A stretch of 63,252 bases of DNA, filler included, from Hausera hauseri (Eukaryota), in the NCBI GenBank assembly GCA_046269625.1. It is 12 parts of 12 records of this genome, joined end to end, with 100 filler letters (N's around TTAATTAATTAA, not from the genome) between each part and the next. Parts side by side here need not be neighbours in the genome. Positions count along the whole stretch, not along the records: positions 45,915 to 49,967 come from JBJURY010792091.1; positions 50,068 to 57,758 come from JBJURY010908421.1; positions 57,859 to 63,252 come from JBJURY010263288.1; 9 more parts are not named here. One strand, given 5' to 3'. The position numbers and the translations under genes are program-made. Below, in pieces: positions 48,691-61,537 of this stretch. The notes under the pieces are model-generated. The model had not been told where the DNA came from and did no database searches. It saw only the letters and a list, made by a program, of their open reading frames with translations. The stretch's first letter is position 1. Every line of letters begins with the position of its first letter.

Positions 48691-49239
48691 ATAAAACATG
48701 AGTATTACGTACTAGCCGTTAAGTCCATTTGACTGTTTGAATAAAATACAGTTTTGTATGTTCTCATTCCAGAACAGGTCCGTTGACCGGTGCAGACAAC
48801 CCAGTCTGTGTTATTTTTTGTGGGCTAGTTTGATACTCGTTTGTCTGTCGATTGTGTGCCTGCGCGTATGTATGCGCTGCTGATTATTCTGTTTACATTG
48901 ATAATATGCCATACCTAGCGTCTATTGCACTGTTCTGTATTCTGTTATGTGGTTTGATTAAATTTTCGATGTCTTCTTATCCTCATTCCTCTTGTGATAT
49001 ATACTGTTACATATCGTACGTTGTTGAATACAATTATCTGATATATTAATACAAATATCGGTCATTTCCCATTATCTAGCGAATCTTCGTCTATTGGTCG
49101 ATATAGAGGTTCATTTCCGGAGCTTATTTATAATTTGTCCACCGAAAATTATTTTTACACGATAATAATCAATTACAACAATTTCACAAATTTCTAACAA
49201 TTATTTCAAATTCATAACAAAATTTGTCAGAATTCGCAT

Positions 49240-49640
49240 AAATAACTCTAAAAGTACAAACATGTTTTTTATTCCTTGATTTCGCCGTGGACCACAGTTT
49301 GAGTATTTGCACCGCTTATTCGATCGATAAAGTTTGTGGAGTGATTTACTGTAACATGGTTGTATCCAAAATTTTGAGGGCCATAAATCCGAATAGATGG
49401 TACTTCCAATTGTGTCTGTTATGTCGCGCACAACATACAAGAAACTTTGATGGGTTTCCCTACAAATTCCACCGGAAACCCATTGGGGAGGAATTTTTTT
49501 TTCTTTTAGTAAACTGACTCATCAGTTTCCACTATCATACGTGGTCCTCCTGTACGTGCAGGATTTAGCAATAATGTCCAAGCGCAAACTTCTCGTAAAA
49601 TGATTTCAATTCACTACCGTTCGATGAGAGATCCGTAGTA
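49240..49640 (-). mobile_element. Merlin (ISXO2-like) transposase remnant
   Basis: GGPRMIVETDES, GSTIYSDLW, GYNHVTVNHSTNFID..GANTQT. Confidence 0.8.
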
Positions 49641-50067
49641 TCCTTTCACAAAATTGTATTGATGTCAATTCGTAAGACTAACAGTAAATTAAAAGTAAAC
49701 TATCACGACAGGACAAACTACAGTTCTGTAACAAGATTTCTTATACTACAGTTCCATCACGTAACTTTAACACCATTGGATGATCGTTTATCAGTTGGTA
49801 AAATTCCATATTGTTGGTGAAAATCAACAGCGTTAGGGTTTATCATGAATAATTTTATCCAATTCTAACACATGCATGATAAGAGTTAAGTTTATTTGAA
49901 TGAACAAAAATATTAAAGAGTAAGGGTAAAAGATGGGTGTAGATAGGCTCCTCATTTCCTATGTGTANNNNNNNNNNNNNNNNNNNNNNNNNNNNNNNNN
50001 NNNNNNNNNNNTTAATTAATTAANNNNNNNNNNNNNNNNNNNNNNNNNNNNNNNNNNNNNNNNNNNN

Positions 50068-53000
50068 AGTACCGAACACCCGCATGATCGGAATCTCCGT
50101 AATTGGTTGAGTCCAAAAAAATTTTGTACTGCCCCAGTTCCGGACTCCTGCATATTCGGAATCAACGTAATGGGTTAAGACGAAAAAAATTTTGGACTGA
50201 CCCAGTTCCGAACTCCTGCATATTCGTACTCAACGCAATGAGATAAGTCGAAATAAAGTTTTGACTGACCGAGTTCCGAACTACAGCATACTCGGAATCA
50301 CCGTAATGATTTTAGTCGAAAAAAATTTTGGACTGACCCAGTTCCGAACTCCCGCATACTCGGAATCACCGTAATGAGTTAAGTCGAAAAAAATTTTGGA
50401 CTGACCAAGTTCCAAACTCCTGCATATTCGGAATCTCCGTTAACGGTTGAGTCCAAAAAAATTTGGACTGCCCAATTCCGGACTACTGCATATTCGGAAT
50501 CTCCGTAATTGGTTAAGTCGAAAAAAATTTGGATTGACCCAGTTCCCGACTCCTGCGTATTCGTACTCAAAGCAATATGATAAGTCGAAATGAATTTTGG
50601 ACTGACAAATTTCCGAACTCCCGCATACTCGGAATCACCGTAATGAGTTATGTCGAAAAAATTTTTGGAGAGAGCCAGTTCCGAGCACCCGCATATTCGG
50701 AATCTTCGTCATTTGTTGAGTCGAAAAAAATTTCGGACAACCCAATTCGGGACTCCTGCATATTCGGAATCAACGCAATTGTTTAAGTCGAAAAAAATAT
50801 TGGACTAACACAGTTCCGAAAACCCGCATATTCGGAATCTCCGTATTTGGTTGAGTCCAAAAATATTTTGGACTGCCCCAATTCCGTACTCCTGCATATT
50901 CGGAATCAACGTAATTGGTTAACTCGAAAAAAATTTTGGATTGACCCAATTCCGGACTCTTGCATATTCGGAATAAAAGTAATTGGTTAAGTCGAAAAAA
51001 ATTTTGGATTGACCCAGTTCCGGACTCCTGCATATTCGTACTCAAAGCAATAAGATAAGTCGAAATAAATTTTGGACAGACACAGTTCCGAACTCCCGCA
51101 TACTCGGAATCACTGTAATGAGCTAAGTCGAAAAAAATTTTGGACTGAGCAAGTATCGAACACCTGCATATTCGGAATCAACGTAATTGGTTAACTACAA
51201 AAAAATTTTGGATTGACCCAATTCCGGACTCCTGCATATTCGTACTCAACGCAATAAGATAAGTCAAAATAAATTTTGGACAGACACAGTTTCGAACACA
51301 AGCATATTCGGAATCTCCGTAAGCGTATTCGGACTCACCGCAATGTGTTTAATCGAAAAAAATTTTGGACTTACCCAGTTCCGGACTCCTGCATATTCGT
51401 ACACAACGCAATGAGTTCATTCGAAATAAATTTTGGACTGACCCAGTTGCGGACTCCTGCGTATTCCGAATCACCGTAATGGCTTAAGTCGAAAAAAATT
51501 TTGGACTGACACAGTTTCGAACACCTGCATATTCGGAATCTCCGTAAACGGTTGAGTCAAAAAAAAATTTACGACTGCCGCAATTCGTACTACTGCATAT
51601 TCGGAATCACCGTAATAGGTTAAGTCGAAAAATATTCTGGACTGACCCAGTTCAAAACACTCGCTTATTCGGAATCACCGTAATTAGTTGTGTCCAAAAA
51701 AATTTTGGACTGCGCCAATTCCGGACTCCTGCATATTCGGACTCACCGCAATGTGTTTAGTCGAAAAATATTTTGGACTAACCCAGTTAAGAAAACCCGC
51801 TTATTCGGAATCACCGTAATGAGTTGTGTCCAAAAAAATGTTGGACTGCGCCAATTCCGGACTCTTGCATATTTGGAATCACCGTAATGAGTTAATTGGA
51901 AAAAAATTTTGGACTAACCCAGTTCCGGACTCCTGCCAATTCGGAATCACCGTAATGAGTTAATTGGAAAAAAATTTTGGACTGACCCAGTTCCGGACTC
52001 CTGCACATTCGTACTCAAAGCAATGAGATAAGTCGAAATAAATTTTGGACTAACCCAGTTCCGGAATCCTGCATATTCGGACTCACCGCAATGAGTTTAG
52101 TCGAAAAAAATTTTGGACTGACCCAGTTCCGGACTCCCGCATACTCGGAATCACCATAATTGGTTAAGTCGAAAAAAATTTTGGACTAACCCAGTTCCGT
52201 ACTTCTGCAAATTCGGAATCACCGCAATGAGTTTAGTCGAAAAAAATTTTGGACTGACCCAGTTCCGGACTCCTGCATATTCGTACTCAACGCAATGAGA
52301 TAAGTCGAAATAAATTTTTGACTGACCCAGTTCCGAACTCCCGCATACTCGGAATCACCGTAATGAGTTAAGTCGAAAAAAATTTTGGTCTGATCCAGTT
52401 TCAAACACCCGCATATTCGGAATCTCCGCAATCGGTTGAGTCCAAAAAAATTTTGTACTGCCCCAGTTCCGGACTCCCGCATATTCGGAATCAACGTAAT
52501 TTGTTAAGTCGAAAAAAATTTTGGATTGACCCAGATACGGACTCCTACATATTGGTACTCAACCCAATGAGATAAATAGAAATAAATTTTGGACTGACCA
52601 AGTTCCGAACTCCCGCATACTCGGAATCACCGTAATGATTTAAGTCGAAAAAATTTTTGGACTAATCCAGTACCGAACACCCGCATGATCGGAATCTCCG
52701 TAATTGGTTGAGTCCAAAAAAATTTTGTACTGCCCCAGTTCCGGAATCCTACATTTTCGGACTCACCGCAATGACTTTAGTAGAAAAAAATTTTGGACTG
52801 ACCCAGTTTCGAACACATGCATATTCGGAAAATCCGTAGTGGGTTGTGTCGAAAAATATTTTGGACTGCCCCAAATCCGGACTACTGCATATTCGGAATA
52901 ACAGTAATTGGTTAAGTTGAAAAAATTTTGGACTGACCCAGTTCCGGATTCATGCATATGCGGACTCACCGCAATGAGTAGAGTTGAATAAAATTTTGAA

Positions 53001-56000
53001 CTAAACCAGTTCCGAACACCCGCATATTGGGAATCTCCGTGATCGGTTCAGTCGAAAAAAATTTTGGATTGACCCAGTTCCGGGCTCCTGCATATTCTGA
53101 CTCACCGCAATGTGTTTAGTCGAAAAAAATTTTGCATTGACACAGTTCCGAACACCCGCATATTCCGAAACTCCGTAGTTGTTTGTGTATAAAAAAATTT
53201 CGGACTGCCTCAATTCCGGACTACTGCATATTCGGAATCACCGTAATTGTTTAAGTTGAAAAAAATTTTGGACTGACCCAGTTCCGGACTCCTGCATTTT
53301 CGGACTCACCGCAATGAGTTTAGCAGAAAAAAATTTTGGACTGACCCAGTTCCGAACACCGGCATATTCGGAAATTCCGTAATGGGTTGTCTCAAAAAAA
53401 ATTTTGGACTGCCCCAATTCGGGACTCCTGCATATTCGGAATAAACGTAATTGGTTAAGTCGAAAAAAGTTTTGGACTGACCCGTTCCGAACGCCCGCAT
53501 ATTCGGAATCTCCGTGATTGGTCAGGTCGAAAATAATTTTGGACTGACCCAGTTCCGGTCTCATGCATATGCGAACTCACCGCACTGAGTTGAGTTGAAT
53601 AAAATTTTAAAATATACCAGTTCCGAACACCCGCATATTGGGAATCTCCGTGATTGGTTCAGTCGAAAAAATTTTGGACTGACCCAATTCCGGACTCCTG
53701 CATATTCGGAATCACCATAGTTATTTAAGTCCAAAAAAATTTTGGACTGCCCCAATTCCGGAACCCTGCTTATTCGGAATCAACGTAATTGGTTAAGTCG
53801 AAAAAAATTTTAAATTTACCCAGTTCCGGACTCGTGCATATTCGTACTCAACGCAATGAGTTAATTCGAAATAAATTTTGGACTGACCCAGTTGCGGACT
53901 CCTGCGTATTCTGAATCACCGTAATGTCTTAAATCGAAAAAGATTTTGGACTGACCCAGTTCCGAACACTTGCATATTCGGATCTCCGTAATCGGTTGGG
54001 TCCAAAAAAATTTTGGACTGCCCCAATTCCGGACTCCTGCATAATCGTACTCAGCGCAATGAAATAATTCGAAATAAATTTTGGACTGACCAAGTTCCGA
54101 ACTCCTGCATACTCGGAATCACCATAATTGGTTAAGTCGAAAAAAATTTTGGACTAACCCAGTTCCGTACTTCTGCAAATTCGGAATCACCGCAATGAGT
54201 TTAGTCGAAAAAAATTTTGGACTGACCCAATTCCCGACTCCTGCATATTCGGAATCACCGTTATGGGTTAAGTCGAAAAAAATTTTGGACTAACCCAGTT
54301 CCGGACTCCTGCATATTCGGACTCACCGCAATGTGTTTAGTCGAAAAAAATTTTGGAGTAATCCAGTTCCGGAACCTTGCATATTGGGAATGTCCGTAAT
54401 GAGTTAATTCCATAAAAATTTTGGTCTGACCCAGTTCCGAACACATGCATATTCGGAATCACCGCAATGAGCTTAGTCGAAAAAAATTTTGGACTATCCC
54501 AGTTCCGAACACCTGCATATTCGGAATTACCGTAATTGGTTAAGTCGAAAAATATTTTGGACTGCCCCAATTCCGGACTCCTGCATATTCGTACTGAACG
54601 CAATGAAATAATTCGAAATGAATTTTGGACTGACCAAGTTCCGAAATCCCGCATACTCGGAATCACCATAATTGGTTAAGTCGAAAAAAATTTTGGACTA
54701 TCCCAGTTCCGGACTCCTGGAAATTCGGAATCACCGTAATGGGTTAAGTCGAAAAAAATTTTGGTCTAACCGAGTTCCGGACTTCTGCATATTCGGAATC
54801 ACCGTAATCGGTTGAGTCCAAAAAAATTTTGGACTAACCCAGTTCCGGACTTCTGCATATTCGGACTCACCGCAATGAGATTAGTTGAAAAAAATTTTGG
54901 ACTGACCCAGTTCCGGACTCCTGCATATTCGGAATCACCGTAATCGGTTAAGTCGAAAAAAATTTTGGACTAACCCAGTTTCGGACTCCTGCATACTCGG
55001 ACTCACCGCAATGAGTTTAGTTGAAAAAAATTTTGGACTGACCCAGTTCCGGACTCCTGCAAATTCGGAATCACCGTAATGGGTTAAGTCGAAAAAAATT
55101 TTGGTCTAACCCAGTTCCGGACTCCTGCATATTCGGACTCACCGCAATGAGTTTAGTTGAAAAAATTTTGGACTGACCGAGTTCCGGACTCCTGCNNNNN
55201 NNNNNNNNNNNNNNNNNNNNNNNNNNNNNNNNNNNNNNNNNNNNNNNNNNNNNNNNNNNNNNNNNNNNNNNNNNNNNNNNNNNNNNNNNNNNNNNATATT
55301 CGGAATCACCGTAATGGGTTAAGTCGAAAAAAATTTTGGACTAACCCAGTTCCGGACTCCTGCATATTCGGAATCACCGTAATGGGTTAAGTCGAAAAAA
55401 ATTTTGGACTAACCCAGTTCCGGACTCCTGCATATTCGGACTCACCGCAAGGAGTTTAGATGAAAAGAATTTTGGACTGACCCAGTTCCGGATACCTGCA
55501 TATTCGGAATCACCGTAATAAGTTAATTGGAGAAAAATTTTGGGCTGCCCCAATTCCGGACTCCTGCATATTCGTACTCAACGCAATGAGATAATTCGAA
55601 ATAAATTTTGGACTGACCAAATTCCGAATTCCCCCATACTCGGAATCACCATAATTGGTTAAGTCGAAAAAAATTTTGGACTAACCCAGTTCCCGACTCC
55701 TGCATATTCGGACTCACCGCAATGAGTTTAGTCGAAAAATATTTTGGACTGACCCAGTTCCGAACACATGCATATTCGGAATCACCGCAATGAGTTAAGT
55801 CGAAAAAAATTTTGGACTGACCCAGTTCCGAACACCGGCATATTGGGAATCATCGTAATTGGTTAAGTCGCAAATATTTTGCATTGACCCTGTTCCGGAA
55901 TCCTGCATATTCGGAATCACCGTAATGGGTTAAGTCGAAAAAAATTTTGGACTGACCCAGTTTCGAACACCTGCATATTCGGAATTACCGTAATTGGTTA

Positions 56001-56610
56001 AGTCGAAAAAAATTTTGGATTGACCCAGTTCCGGACTCCTGCATATTCGTACTCAAGGCAATAAGATAAGTCGAAATAAATTTTGAATTGACCCAGTTCC
56101 GGACTCCTGCATATTCGGAATCACCGTAATGTGTTAAGTCGATAATAATTTTGGACTGGCCCAGTTCCGAACACCTGCATATTCGGAATCTCCGTGATCG
56201 ATTGAGTCCAAAAAAATTTTGGACAGCCCCAATTCCGGACTCCTGCATATTCTTACTCAACGCAATGAAATAATTCGAAATAAATTTTGGACTGACCCAG
56301 TTCCTAACTCCCGCATACTCGGAATCACCGTTATGGGTTAAGTCGAAAAAAATTTTGGATTGACCCAGTTCCGAACACCCGCATATTGGGAATCACCGTA
56401 ATTGGTTAAGTCGCAAATAATTTGAATTGACCCAGTTCCGGAATCCTGCATATTCGGAATCACCGTAATTGGTTAAGTCGAAAAAAATTTTGCACTGACC
56501 CAGTTCCGAACACCTGCATATTCGGAATCACCGCAGTGAGTTAAGTCGAAAAAAATTTTGTACTGACTCAGTTCCCAACTCTTGCACATTTGGACTCTCC
56601 AAATTGCGTT
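50068..56610 (+). repeat. 68-bp satellite array (~95 monomers including a 100-N gap)
   Basis: Consensus TTCGGAATCACCGTAATTGGTTAAGTCGAAAAAAATTTTGGACTGACCCAGTTCCGGACTCCTGCATA; period 68 (e.g. 55321 vs 55389). Confidence 0.97.
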
Positions 56611-56789
56611 GGGTCGGATTAAAGTTTATTATGATCCTGTTCTAGGCAACCACATTCACCCACCTATCTAACTAAAGCGGACAACACCATTTCCCCACCT
56701 ATCTGACTACAACAAACATTTGATAACAAGTAGTAGTAGAATATTTCAAAATCACAAAAGCTGTCTGTCCATAACAGAATACGTTTACA

Positions 56790-57150
56790 AAAAAATGTTT
56801 GTAATACAAGCCACTATAAGCAATAATGTCCACACAATACTGTCGGTGGATATTGATAAGGAAGTCGATTGTATTCAACACGATATGACGATTGCCGTTC
56901 AATGTGAGAAACTAGCGATGACGGATAGTAAATTCCGAGTGGATCGAATACCTTGACGACGTTGGTCGTAAGATGGACGTACACCTCAATCCAATGTTCG
57001 CTGGATAACGATGACGTGTGTGTACTGACAACGAAGCCGCCGGTTTGTCGGAAGTCACGCGGCACACGGTCCAGTGGAAACACACCGCGAAGTTTTGAGC
57101 CCATGAGCAGTTTTCCGTAGCGACTGAGCTTGGTGGAGCTAAATTTAAAA
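56790..57150 (-). pseudogene. Polinton adenain-like cysteine protease
   Basis: RGVFPLD..VVST..EHW..FDPLG..YN..Q....LCGHYC, with a stop just after the catalytic Cys region. Confidence 0.85.
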
Positions 57151-57242
57151 CGCGGGATTAAAGCATAAAAATATTTATAATCAATTACTTCATGTTATTG
57201 AGTAGTACTAGTAGTATGGGAAGAGTGATGCATTAGATTTAT

Positions 57243-57758
57243 TTATATAATGATGGTTCCGTTTTTCGTTATTTCAACCTCGGCATCAAATACATCGTGA
57301 ATGTACATCACGGTAGACTGCTCCAACCCTTTAGCAAAGTGAACCTCCAGTCGCAGGTCTCCCTGCTAAAATAGTTGAGTCTGTCCAGGATCCAGGACAA
57401 AGGTGAAGAATGGATAGGTGGACTTGAACAAATCCATCGATATGTCATTGTTGACATTTTTGTTCAACAAACCCATGTTTCGCACAATAGATTGCATATA
57501 TGTGCAAACATAATAGCCGGTCTCGAAATCCTGCTTGTATGTCTCAACGAAATACGCATTTTTACCCAAACTGATGTATTCACATTGCTATGGGTAAACG
57601 TTTCCGAAGCGGTGGTATAACTACCCGTTTGTTGAGCAGTCGTTTGAAATGCAACGAGCACTAATTTCGGCAATTGCATGACGCCAAACAGTGCATCTTT
57701 GTAAAACGTAGTTGAACCTTTGGGTATGGTGTAAAACACGAGTTCTGTGCGTTGTATC
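57243..57758 (-). pseudogene. Polinton major capsid protein C-terminal part
   Basis: LFGVMQLPKLVLVAF..GSY..F; then NNDISMDLF..YPFFTFVL..GDLRLEVHFAKGL..FDAEVEITKNG. Frameshift and stop present. Confidence 0.8.
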
Positions 57759-57858
57759 NNNNNNNNNNNNNNNNNNNNNNNNNNNNNNNNNNNNNNNNNN
57801 NNTTAATTAATTAANNNNNNNNNNNNNNNNNNNNNNNNNNNNNNNNNNNNNNNNNNNN

Positions 57859-57997
57859 ATGTTACGCAATTCGGACCGGAAGTGACGCAATTTCCACCGG
57901 AAGTTGCGCAATTCTACACCGGAAGTTGCGCAATTACAGACCGGAAGTTACGCAATCGGGGGTGGGGGTGGACCAGAACCGGCAATTTTATACTACT
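57859..57997 (+). repeat. Probable Polinton terminal inverted repeat end
   Basis: Four ~20-22-bp tandem CCGGAAGT(T/G)(G/A)CGCAAT units, a G-tract, then ...TATACTACT (reverse complement of the AGTAGT terminus) followed by TATATA. Confidence 0.65.
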
Positions 57998-58269
57998 TAT
58001 ATAATCACGGATTCACCCACTCTGTGAATAAATAATAAGTGCCGACTTACCATATCGTGAGATTCAATTTTGTTTAAACGCATCAATTCAAATAAATAAA
58101 GGGTGGGGTATGTTTTTGTTCCAGAACTCCAATTTTTTCTCTACTTCCATCATATAAAGTATTAGTCCAGTGCTATGTCATGCGTACAGGGGTACAAATA
58201 TTATAAAACCAACTCCAGCTTTCCATCATCTTCCTCTCCTCCTCCTTCTTTCCGTTCTTCTTTTTCTGC

Positions 58270-60161
58270 GCAACACTCAAAAAACCAATAACGACGCCAG
58301 ATGACACGGCACATTCTGGCATTGGCAACACCTTTTAATCCTCTGGCCATTTCAACACCTCCTCTGCAGTCTTTCTGTTGAAAACTGCACATTTATTTAG
58401 AGACACCTCACATTGACATTCTTATCGATTCTGGAGCTGATTATTCACTTCCTCCATTATCTTTCGCTCCTGCATCAGCTACAGATTTTTCTCCTCCACC
58501 CTTCACTACCTGTGGTCAACTCTTGCACATTACAGGTACCAAAAAACTGTACTTCATATTCTTCAACCTGCCGTGCAAATTTTCTTGGAAATTTCACGTA
58601 GCCAATATTAGATCATCCATATTAGGCTCCGATTTCCTGGCTGCACACGATTTGTTAGTTGACTGTAAGTACGGATGTCTCTTGTGCAGAAACTCCGTTA
58701 TAGATACCAACAAATGCCCACTAGACGACCAGTTGGACACCTTCTTGTCTTCCTCTGTTCATTCAAATGTGAATTTGACATGCTGTTCTTCTGCTGATAA
58801 CAATACGTTTAATAATTTGTCCATACTTTCAATTACGTCAAGTGGGACCAAATCAATTTTGAAACAATCGGTTGAACCGAATGTCATTAATGGCGTGTTC
58901 AGTCATTCTACGTCAATTACAGCCACTGTCTCTTCCAATAATATGCCCCATCATTCTTATCGATAAACTCCAGTCTTAACACCATGAAGAACACCTCCGT
59001 ATTATCTTTCGTAGATTACATCACAGCAATTTACAAATCAATTTCTTCACTTGTCATTTCATTTAAAAACGTGTTAATTTCCTAGGCCATATTATCAATC
59101 CTCACGGCCACTGTCCACAATCTGATCGACTACAGCAATTGAAAAACGTAACATTACCAACGACTAATACGGATTTGAGGAGTTTTTAGGCACACTTCAC
59201 TTCATCCACATTTACGTACCGCATTGCTCTGAGCATACAGCATCTTTCGCACATCTATCATCCGGAAAAAAGAGGCAACTAATCCACCGGACTCCTAATT
59301 TAATCACAAAATTCGAACACTTACTCAAAGGCCTAAAAGCCGTCGAAATATTGGCCTATCCACAACCCAACGCTGGTCTTATACTTACCATCGATGCCTC
59401 TACTACAGCTACCGGTGCAGTACTACACTAGATTTCTAACGGCGTCGACGAACCATTAGAATTTTACTCTCGAAAACTCACGCAACCCGAAAGCCGTTAC
59501 TCAAGATTTGACCGTGAGTTACTCGTTATAATTCTGGCAGTAAACATTTCAAACACCTACTTCTGTCTCGTCTGTTTGTTATTCAAACTGATGACAAGCC
59601 TTTCCTGCATATCATGTTGTTAAAACAGCCATCACTGAGGCAAGAACGACATATATCATACCTATCTACATTCAGTTTTGTTCCAGAATACATTTCAGTT
59701 ACAGATATTTTAGTCGCAGATTTTCTGTAGAGGTCGATTGGCTCCATTACAGTTCATCCGATTTTTTCATCCAAAGTTTTAAAGGCCAATCAACCATCTG
59801 TTGACTTCCTTAGCTCCTTCAGATCCTTTGAGATGATTGACAGCATTGAATATGATACGTCGAATTTTGGTAATAAAAGATCATTCTAATACCACTTTTA
59901 CAAAAGCAAGGTTTCCTTAATATGCATTCATTCCATCATCCAGGTTCGAAAGCGACCTTTCGCCTTCTTCAACGTCATGCAGTTTGGCCATCAATGCGCA
60001 AAGATGTACAGGGTTGGGTTAAGGAATGCGTAGCCTGTCAAAAATACAAAATCAACAAAAACTTTAAACAGACGCTTTACCATTTCCCCTGTACATAACG
60101 TTTTCATGCGGTTCATCTTGATCTCGTTGGCCCCTTACCTTCTGACAACGGACATCAACAT
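58270..60161 (+). mobile_element. Second decayed copy of the Gypsy family at 29216-35470 (most of RT deleted)
   Basis: FLIDSGA, LGSDFL..LLVDC, LRSF.GTLHF, IDASTT..FYSRKL, WPSMRKDVQGWVKECVACQKYK, HLDLVGPLP; interrupted at ~60161. Confidence 0.85.
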
Positions 60162-61196
60162 TTTAGTGAGTTTGTGTTTAATTAATTCATCGAATAAAGA
60201 CACAAAATGTAACATGAACACAAAAAAGGCCAAATAAAATTTAGAACATTTATATTGTTCTATAATTGTCTCGTCTGCCGATGCGTAGGACTCATCCGTC
60301 GAGGCAAGATCAGGATTCATCCGTTGACGTAGGAGCGTGCTGTTCGGAACGTCGTCCGAGCTGGAATTGGTAGACGTTGTGTTTCGTTTCGTCGGCTGCA
60401 ACCGGCGTCGACGGAGCGGCACGGGACCCTCGTGTGAACTGGAGCTTGCTGCTCTTTCCCGTGATCGGTAGGAGGTCCATTGGGTGGGTATCAGCCGGCT
60501 CTCCGTTGGAACCATGGATTAGTACAGACGGTCGGTGGCCGTCATCAACCGGAAGAACACCGGGAGGAAAATCGACGAATCGAAGAGACGCCGATTTTCC
60601 CCATCTTTATAAAATCGGTGTAGCGTTCCTCTGGGTAAGGCGTATGGATCGTTCCGATCCAGTTGAGTTAGGTGCCGAACAAAGCGGCTTTGTTCCAGCA
60701 ACTCCCGTGTAGTCAGGAAGTCCGAATAGGACCGACACGGGGCTCGTTTACGGGTGTCGAAACGGCGTTTTCCGCGGGAGGCGGCGTCTCGCTGTGCGGT
60801 CCGGCTTCGATCTTCGCACCGGGTTTGTTTTGTGGAGACGATGTGCTCATCTATCTGGTTTGCATGGTCGGTGCTTGTTGATCGGGGTATCTTTGGGATA
60901 CGATACCCCGCCATCCGTGATGCCGTAATTCCGCAAAGGATGGTATCGGCTGGGATGGCCGTGGTCTTGTTCCGGGCGAGCGGTTCGCCGGGTTTGGTAG
61001 TCTTGGTTGGGCATGATGGTTTTTTTCCGCGGCTGCTGGTTGAATCTCTCAGTGATTTCCGACATTTTATATTTTCTTTTCTTGAATGGTTCTTTTTTCT
61101 TTTCTGGGAAAATATTCGACTGACTTTTCTGTTTTCTGTTTGAAAGTTACTGTTCAATCTTTGAACTGTGGATTTAAACAAATAGATTAAATCCAC
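60135..61196 (-). pseudogene. GC-rich Arg/Ser-rich orphan reading frame split by one in-frame stop
   Basis: ORFs 60519-61196 and 60135-60515 are in the same frame, separated only by TAA-TCC. Confidence 0.4.
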
Positions 61197-61537
61197 AGAT
61201 CTTGATGGTTTATTTTTTATTTGTTACAAGTGCTGGTCAATTCAGCACTCGTAATCCGTTTTTTGTTTACTTTTGTTTCGGCTGTATTTGAATATATTTT
61301 TGGTTCTTATGTTAGGTGAACCCGTGATTTAAATTTTAGATTTTGTTATTAGAAAATTTTTATTTTTCCCAGATGTGATTTTATATTTTTGAATTGTTAT
61401 TTGATTTTAAGTATTGAGAGATTTAAATTTTATTAGTAAATAATATTTTGCTGATAAATTTTGAAAGTATGTGGTCCTGATTTATTTATTTTAAGTGCTT
61501 TTGAATTTTTCTATTTGTAATGTGGAACCTTACACTG

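Noticed and set aside
50068-56610. CRISPR-like look of the regular dyad-containing array, and its many short ORFs
   Set aside because: The whole 68-bp unit is repeated with no unique spacers, there are no cas genes, and the context is eukaryotic: it is a satellite.
57243-57997. Treating the MCP fragment and the Polinton TIR as one contiguous element
   Set aside because: They are separated by an artificial linker, so adjacency is not evidence.
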